Of a stretch of 64,000 bases of DNA, positions 58,442-64,000 are shown piece after piece. Origin of the DNA: Candidatus Omnitrophota bacterium (lineage in GTDB: Bacteria > Omnitrophota > Gorgyraeia > Gygaellales > Profunditerraquicolaceae); contig JBDRLN010000076.1 of assembly GCA_043812955.1 (NCBI GenBank), positions 4,864 to 68,863 of the forward strand, in the 5' to 3' direction. The first letter of the stretch is position 1, and each line of letters opens with the position of its first letter. The notes below the pieces were generated by a model. That model worked only from the letters and a program-made list of their open reading frames with translations. It was not told where the DNA came from and did no database searches. The position numbers and the translations under genes were made by a program.

Positions 58442-58929
58442 TTTTTCTTGGGTTGAATATCCTCTTTGGACCATTTTCTGGAACGCACTGCCAGGTTTTT
58501 ACCGATTAAATAAATATTCTGTTCAATGTCCTCTTCAATATCTTTAATTTCAACTGCTTTTTCGGGGCAATTGGCAACGCATAACGGTACAATATCTGCT
58601 TTACCTATACAAAAATCACAGCCTGAGTCCAAGTAAGGTATGAAATCCGTTAGAATCGTGCCAAAGGGACAGCCAATTACGCAAGATTTACAGCTGGTGC
58701 AGCGCATATTGTAACGTTTTAATATTCCATCAGGCTGTTTTTCCAGGGCATCATGATAACAGGAATTTAGACAAGGCGCTTCTTCGCACTGCCGGCAAAA
58801 TAAAATAAAAGTGGCGTATTCGCGTAAAGAGGTAATCCCGTTATTCTGCGGGTGGTATAAATAACTGCAGGCTACCCGGCAATCTTTACATTTATTGCAA
58901 ATATCCAAATCTATGTATAGTCTTTTCAT
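58438..58929 (-). CDS. Multi-[4Fe-4S] electron-transfer protein (DmsB/HycB-like)
   Basis: CNKC...C, CRQCEEAPCLNSC, CTSCKSCVIGCPFG, CDFC...CVANCP. Confidence 0.85.
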   Translation of the reverse strand: MKRLYIDLDICNKCKDCRVACSYLYHPQNNGITSLREYATFILFCRQCEEAPCLNSCYHDALEKQPDGILKRYNMRCTSCKSCVIGCPFGTILTDFIPYLDSGCDFCIGKADIVPLCVANCPEKAVEIKDIEEDIEQNIYLIGKNLAVRSRKWSKEDIQPKKK

Positions 58930-58938
58930 AACAACCCT

Positions 58939-59754
58939 CTAGTCCCAGATGTCAGGTAAATCTTTTAACTGCTCATAAGTAAATACCGGACCGTCCTTGC
59001 ATATATAATATTTACCGATACGGCAATGCCCGCATTTACCCAGGCCGCAGGACATACTTTTCTCCATAGATAAATAAATATCCGGCGGCTTAAACCCTAA
59101 GTCGAGTAATTTTAAAGTGACGAATTTCATCATTATCGGCGGGCCGCAGACTATTACCGCGGCATTATTTAAATCTACAGGCAGGTCTTTTAATATAGTA
59201 GTGACCAGACCTACATTACCGTTCCAGGAAGGGTCTCCTACATCAACGGTAACCTTCAGATCTACTTTATTTTTCTTACCCCATTCAGGGATAAGATTTT
59301 TATAGATTATATCATTCGCGGTCCGCGAGCCGTAACGTAAAACCACTTTATTATATTTATCAATTGAGCCGAATAGCGCAAACAATAATGAACGCAAGGG
59401 GGCTAAACCTACGCCTCCACCAACTATCAATATATCTTTTCCCGTAAATTTATCCAAAGGATATCCTAAACCATATGGGCCGCGGATACCTACCGGAGTA
59501 TTTGGTTGAATATCATGCAATAAAGAAGTGATCTTACCGGCCTTCATTATGGTTACATCCATCTTATCTTTAATGTTAGGATCGGATGAAGGAGTAAATG
59601 GGGCCTCCCCAATTCCGGGCAGGGTCAATTCAATAAATTGCCCGGCCTTAAATTCAAATTTCTCTTTAGGCCTTAAGACAAGGGTCTTTATATTTAATGA
59701 CTCCACGATTATATCTTCTATAATTGCCTCTGCCGGCTTATAAATATTTTTCAT
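58939..59754 (-). CDS. FAD/NAD(P)-binding [2Fe-2S] subunit (AsrB/sulfhydrogenase gamma-like)
   Basis: GQF, GEAPF, RGPYG, GGGVGLAP, CGPP, MSCGLGKCGHC...CKDGP. Confidence 0.9.
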   Translation of the reverse strand: MKNIYKPAEAIIEDIIVESLNIKTLVLRPKEKFEFKAGQFIELTLPGIGEAPFTPSSDPNIKDKMDVTIMKAGKITSLLHDIQPNTPVGIRGPYGLGYPLDKFTGKDILIVGGGVGLAPLRSLLFALFGSIDKYNKVVLRYGSRTANDIIYKNLIPEWGKKNKVDLKVTVDVGDPSWNGNVGLVTTILKDLPVDLNNAAVIVCGPPIMMKFVTLKLLDLGFKPPDIYLSMEKSMSCGLGKCGHCRIGKYYICKDGPVFTYEQLKDLPDIWD

Positions 59755-60809
59755 TTATTCCTAGATAACCTATCTTTAAGATCTTTTAAAACCTCCCGGA
59801 TATCGATCTTTCCCGGGCAAACCTCGATACACCTACCGCAGCCGCAACAGGCCGGTATCCCTAAGTTATCAATAAAAAAGTCAAATTTTTTCATAAACCG
59901 GTTGCGCAGGCGCTGAGTCCTAGTTTTTAAAGGATTTGCCCCTCCGGCAACCCGGGTGAAATTAGCATATTGGCAGCAATCCCAGGCCTTTAACCGGATA
60001 TTTTCGTTTATCTTTTTATTATCTGATAATAGAAAACAATGACAGGTATCGCAGATAAGATTACAACCCCCGCATTCAACGCAGGTAAGCATAAATTTCT
60101 GCCAGGTATCTGCTGTGTAACCTTCTTTCATTAACTTCTGAACTTCGGATTTAGATATCAACCCCTGTGGAATGAGGTGTTTCTTTAACCTCTCAATCAA
60201 ACTATCCCTTTTGGCTTTGCGGGCCAGAACTTGAGTTTCTTTAGCCGGGGTAAAATATTCTTTATGCCGTTGGATAAGCGCACTTCCTTTGTCTGAACCA
60301 GACTCAACAATATAACCGTCGTTCAGAGGCGAAAGATTCAAATCAAAACCAATAGTCGGATGCGGAAGAACCTCCCAGGCCAGGCAATGGCAGACTTTTT
60401 TAAAATCCGTGCAATCACTTGAAATCACTATCGCCCGCTCCCTTTTAACTTTATATAACGAATCTTCTTCCAGGCCTTCTAAAAATACGTAATCCTGGAC
60501 CTTGTGCCCTTGGATATCGCAAGACTTTACCCCGAAAATGACTATCTTTTCGGGCTCTTTAAGATTTACATCTTCTTTGAAATAATCAGATACTTTTTCT
60601 ATGGGACTGGTAAAAAAAGCCTTGAGCGGCTCAATTGCCCTGTAAGCATTGAATTTCAAAGTTCCGGCTTTAGAAAATATATTATAGGTATAATCCGATT
60701 CTTTAACTTCGGGGTCTTTGACTACGGGAGAAAAAACCTTATAATCAGCGCTTAGACTACTAATAAAAGAAAAAAAATCAGTCTCCCGGATATAAAACAT
60801 CTTAGGCAT
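59751..60809 (-). CDS. [4Fe-4S] dicluster subunit (AsrA/sulfhydrogenase beta-like)
   Basis: GVKSCD, CVECGGCNLICDTCHCF, WDCC, RLRNRFMKK, CCGCGRCIEVCP. Confidence 0.88.
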   Translation of the reverse strand: MPKMFYIRETDFFSFISSLSADYKVFSPVVKDPEVKESDYTYNIFSKAGTLKFNAYRAIEPLKAFFTSPIEKVSDYFKEDVNLKEPEKIVIFGVKSCDIQGHKVQDYVFLEGLEEDSLYKVKRERAIVISSDCTDFKKVCHCLAWEVLPHPTIGFDLNLSPLNDGYIVESGSDKGSALIQRHKEYFTPAKETQVLARKAKRDSLIERLKKHLIPQGLISKSEVQKLMKEGYTADTWQKFMLTCVECGGCNLICDTCHCFLLSDNKKINENIRLKAWDCCQYANFTRVAGGANPLKTRTQRLRNRFMKKFDFFIDNLGIPACCGCGRCIEVCPGKIDIREVLKDLKDRLSRNK

Positions 60810-60854
60810 TTTTAATAAGTTTTAAGGCTGGGTATATTTAGAGGGAAAACTACT

Positions 60855-60872
60855 TTGTGAAATTAATCACAA
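60855..60872. promoter_or_regulatory. Rex operator in the hydrogenase operon leader
   Basis: TTGTGAAATTAATCACAA, one mismatch to TTGTGAA-N4-TTCACAA; rex gene 1.3 kb away. Confidence 0.78.
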
Positions 60873-60919
60873 ATTGACCCTAAAAAAAATTATGATTCCT
60901 CTCTTTCTTTAATTTTGGT

Positions 60920-60948
60920 ATATTATCTTATCGGCGCAAAACTGTCAA
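60920..60948 (-). promoter_or_regulatory. sigma70 promoter of the hydrogenase operon
   Basis: TTGACA-N17-TAATAT. Confidence 0.6.
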
Positions 60949-60956
60949 GGGAAAAT

Positions 60957-62183
60957 TTATTCAGCTTTTAAATTTATGGCCCCGGGATAGACCTTAGTCA
61001 GTTCGTAGGTGTCCTGGGCAATACACAACTCTTCATTAGTTGGTATTACATAAATCTTGACCGCCGAGCTATCTTTGCTTATTTCGGCCTCTGCCCCTTT
61101 GGCTACCAATAGATTTTTTTCTTCTGAGATCTCTACGCCTAAGCTCTGCATCCCACTCAAAGTATCTAGGCGGATCTGAGGGTTATTCTCCCCGATCCCT
61201 CCGGTAAATATTATAGCGTCAGTTTTTCCTAATACCGCCAGGTAAGCGCCAATATATTTTCTTAAACGGTAGCAAAATACCTCGATTGCCAGTTTTGCCC
61301 TTTCATTGCCTTTTTCCTGGGCCCAGAATAAATTACGCATATCATTACTTATCCCGGAAATACCCATTAAGCCGCTTTTTTTATTTAGGAGCTTATTCAG
61401 GTCTTCAGGGGTATAACCTTTCCCGGTCAAATAAAAGATTATAGCCGGATCAATATCGCCGCAGCGGGTTCCCATCACTAACCCTTCCAAAGGAGTAAAG
61501 CCCATACTAGTATCTACTGATTTTCCGTGGGCTATGGCTGAAACGCTGCAGCCATTTCCCAAATGACAGGTTATCAGGTTCAATTCTTCCTTGGGCCTTT
61601 TGAGAATCGAAACTAACCTTCTTTTTACATAAAGATGGCTGGTACCGTGAAAGCCATACCTGCGTATTTTGTATTTTTCATATAATTCATAAGGAATACC
61701 GTAAAGATAGGCCTTAGGCGGGATGGCGTGATGAAAAGCAGTATCAAAACAAGCCACCTGGACAGCGCTAGGCAGGAATTTCTTGCAGGCCACAATACCC
61801 ATAAGATTAGGCGGATTATGCAGGGGGGCTAAATCCGCGTATTCTTTAATCCGGTTGATTACCTTTTCATTAATTAAAACGGATTCAGTAAACTCCTCTT
61901 CACCGTGGACAACCCTATGCCCCACGCCCAGGATTTCTTCGACAGAAGAAATTACCCCTTTCTCCTTATCCGTAAGCATATCAATAATAAAATTGATCCC
62001 CTGTTCATGGGTAGCAATAGAGCCTTCTATTTCCAGGCTTCCCTTAACGCTCTTCTGGATAAAAAATGACTTTTCTTCGCCGATCCTTTCTAACAGCCCC
62101 TTGGCGATAACTTCTTCCTGGGGCATATTAAAAAGCTGATATTTTATCGAAGAACTCCCGGAATTAATAACTAGTATTATCAC
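60957..62183 (-). CDS. ackA: Acetate kinase
   Basis: INSGSSSIK, GHRVVHG, APLHNP, RRYGFHGTSH, TSMGFTPLEG, PTNEE. Confidence 0.96.
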   Translation of the reverse strand: MIILVINSGSSSIKYQLFNMPQEEVIAKGLLERIGEEKSFFIQKSVKGSLEIEGSIATHEQGINFIIDMLTDKEKGVISSVEEILGVGHRVVHGEEEFTESVLINEKVINRIKEYADLAPLHNPPNLMGIVACKKFLPSAVQVACFDTAFHHAIPPKAYLYGIPYELYEKYKIRRYGFHGTSHLYVKRRLVSILKRPKEELNLITCHLGNGCSVSAIAHGKSVDTSMGFTPLEGLVMGTRCGDIDPAIIFYLTGKGYTPEDLNKLLNKKSGLMGISGISNDMRNLFWAQEKGNERAKLAIEVFCYRLRKYIGAYLAVLGKTDAIIFTGGIGENNPQIRLDTLSGMQSLGVEISEEKNLLVAKGAEAEISKDSSAVKIYVIPTNEELCIAQDTYELTKVYPGAINLKAE

Positions 62184-62839
62184 AACCGCCCTCTTTTTAA
62201 TTTATAAACCAGGCTCTCTAATTCCGAAGCCATGTCCACATTAGAAACATAAATATTATCGGATAAAACCAGATTCACCGGAGCAAAATTTAGAATAGCC
62301 TTAATCCCGCATCCAGATAACTCTTCGCTTATACCCTGGGCTGCCTCGGCCGGAACAGAAAGAACCGCAATCTCTATATCCCTTTTTTTGATCAGCCCTT
62401 TCATCCTGCGCATATCTTCGATCTTTATCCCGCCGCGGACCTTGCCGATTTTTGCCGGGTCATTGTCAAAGGCCGCGCTAATCTTCAGGTTAAGTTCTAA
62501 AAATCCCGGATAGCCTAAAAGGGCAAATCCCAGTTTACCCGCTCCCACCAAAGCTATTTTGCGGACTACGTTTGTCCCTAATATCTTTTCTATTTCCCGT
62601 CTTAGTGTCTCTACGTCGTAGCCTATGCCTCTACGGCCAAATTCTCCGAAATAAGAAAGGTCTTTACGAAATTGGACCGACGACACATTCAAATATCTAG
62701 TAATCTCTCCAGAGGAAGCGACCTTAATTTTATCCTGAATCAGCCTTCTTAAACTTCTTTGGTAGAGGCTAAGCCTGCGCGCGGTCTCCTGGGGAATATG
62801 TATACTAGCGCCTGATGGCATATATTTTACGGAAAACAT
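62180..62839 (-). CDS. rex: Redox-sensing transcriptional repressor Rex
   Basis: RRLSLY, RKDLSYFGEFGRRGIGY, VGAGKLG, ILNFAP; start may be 62821. Confidence 0.94.
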   Translation of the reverse strand: MFSVKYMPSGASIHIPQETARRLSLYQRSLRRLIQDKIKVASSGEITRYLNVSSVQFRKDLSYFGEFGRRGIGYDVETLRREIEKILGTNVVRKIALVGAGKLGFALLGYPGFLELNLKISAAFDNDPAKIGKVRGGIKIEDMRRMKGLIKKRDIEIAVLSVPAEAAQGISEELSGCGIKAILNFAPVNLVLSDNIYVSNVDMASELESLVYKLKRGRL

Positions 62840-62886
62840 ACCGCAGGTATACTCAGATTACCTATATTATATATCATATCCTCCTT

Positions 62887-62976
62887 CTCCTTCGCCAGAC
62901 ACTTAACATATATGGCTTAGGAGGATTATCCGCCGAAGCATAAAATATTTAAACTGACTAACGCGAAAGCGGATAA
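62887..62976. repeat. Two back-to-back family B elements in opposite orientation
   Basis: CTCC-TTC-GCCA...TGGC-TTA-GGAG (62887-62923, minus sense) and TTATCCGCC-GAA-GC...GC-GAA-AGCGGATAA (62926-62976). Confidence 0.7.
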
Positions 62977-62978
62977 AA

Positions 62979-63938
62979 TTATGCCTGTATCTGACTGAGT
63001 GCTTTTATCCTTTTGAGCATATTCGGATGAGTGCTGAATGACTCTAATAATTTATCGGCAAAACCCAAATGTACCTGTTTATTCCTTAAGGCTACCAATT
63101 CAGAGGCATCGATTGTTCCGCTATTATCCAGGTCCAGCTGTTTTAATTCCCGGATCTCCTTTAGCCCTTGAGACGGGTCATTTATAAAAAACGCCTTTAA
63201 CCCCTCGACTTCTTTTAAGGATTCTTTATCTGTCCGGGCACTACCGTAAGCTAATTTATATAAACTGGAGGCCAGGAATTTCGGCTGATTGCCCAGAAGA
63301 ACCGAACCCCGGTCAGCAAAATATTCCCGGATCCGGGAAGCATAAAGCACTAAAAGATTAGTGATAAAGTAAAAGATAAAAGCCGCTATACCTAAAAGAA
63401 CCGTACTGCCTCCTCTTTCATCGCGCCGGCGGCCGTAAAATAAAAACTGCCAGGCGATCCGGTACATGATCATCGGAATAACTGAAAGAAGAGTAATGGT
63501 TAAAACATCCCGGTTCTTTAAATGGCTTAGCTCATGGCCGAGCACCGCTTTTAACTCCTCATCGCTCAATAGATTTAAGATCCCCTCAGTAACACAAACC
63601 CTGCCGTCTTTTATACTCCTGCCAAAGGCAAAGGCATTAGGCAAGGGGGTCTGGGCAACGCCGATTCTTGGCTTAGGAATCCCCGCCCTTATAGCCAGGC
63701 CTTCCACCATCTGGAATAATTTAGGATAATCCTGTCTTTTTACGTACTTGACCCGCATAGTCCATTCTACAATTTTAGGCCCGATAAGGTACTGAATAAG
63801 CATAATTATAAGCGAGATAGAAAGGTAAAAACCAAAACCTCCCAGGCCCATATATGAACCAATCATTACAATGACCGCGTAAATAATGCCAAATAACGCG
63901 GTAAGCAAAAGCCACATCTTTAAATGCAAAAACCACAT
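62979..63938 (-). CDS. htpX: Zinc metalloprotease HtpX (M48)
   Basis: PNAFA, GHELSH (HExxH), SRIREYFAD, FSTHP. Confidence 0.92.
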   Translation of the reverse strand: MWFLHLKMWLLLTALFGIIYAVIVMIGSYMGLGGFGFYLSISLIIMLIQYLIGPKIVEWTMRVKYVKRQDYPKLFQMVEGLAIRAGIPKPRIGVAQTPLPNAFAFGRSIKDGRVCVTEGILNLLSDEELKAVLGHELSHLKNRDVLTITLLSVIPMIMYRIAWQFLFYGRRRDERGGSTVLLGIAAFIFYFITNLLVLYASRIREYFADRGSVLLGNQPKFLASSLYKLAYGSARTDKESLKEVEGLKAFFINDPSQGLKEIRELKQLDLDNSGTIDASELVALRNKQVHLGFADKLLESFSTHPNMLKRIKALSQIQA

Positions 63939-63958
63939 CTTAACACCCCAACTTTAAT

Positions 63959-64000
63959 TCCACCCCGTAGGTGTCTTACACCTACGGGGTGGAGATGGTT
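63959..64000. repeat. REP-like palindrome family A, copy 4
   Basis: TCCACCCCGTAGGTGT-ctt-ACACCTACGGGGTGGA then GATGGTT at the window edge. Confidence 0.9.

Noticed and set aside
5398-64000. Family A palindromes as CRISPR repeats or terminators
   Set aside because: Dispersed single copies with no spacers or cas genes; no U-tract

Overview
Chromosomal window from an anaerobic diderm bacterium. Gene content and repeat style suggest Omnitrophota/PVC, which is an inference. Most genes are on the minus strand. From left to right: (1) lysS-lolC/E-lolD-ilvE-mcsA-mcsB-clpC-mlaEFD-radA; (2) a Wzx/Wzy polysaccharide locus with two B12-radical SAM enzymes and a Wzc-like co-polymerase ending in a PilZ domain; (3) a lexA-like/dinB cassette with a perfect operator inside its promoter; (4) an ECF sigma/anti-sigma module with two matching ECF promoters; (5) housekeeping genes, lipoate genes, glycine cleavage genes and larE/larB; (6) a ~15 kb operon with a Rex-type box, encoding an Mrp-linked group 4 [NiFe]-hydrogenase with an AsrAB-like NAD(P)H module; (7) ackA, rex and htpX. 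Best candidate for a new system: the [NiFe]-hydrogenase operon ends with the [FeFe]-hydrogenase maturase HydG and a coupled HypC-HydE fusion protein, while no hypDEF, hydF or hydA is present in the window. This suggests a hybrid radical-SAM route for building and delivering the Fe(CO)/(CN) unit of a [NiFe] site. Several short palindrome and heptamer repeat families occupy operon junctions and even coding ends. Five genes have a promoter geometry indicating near-leaderless transcripts. No rRNA, tRNA, CRISPR array or transposase was seen.
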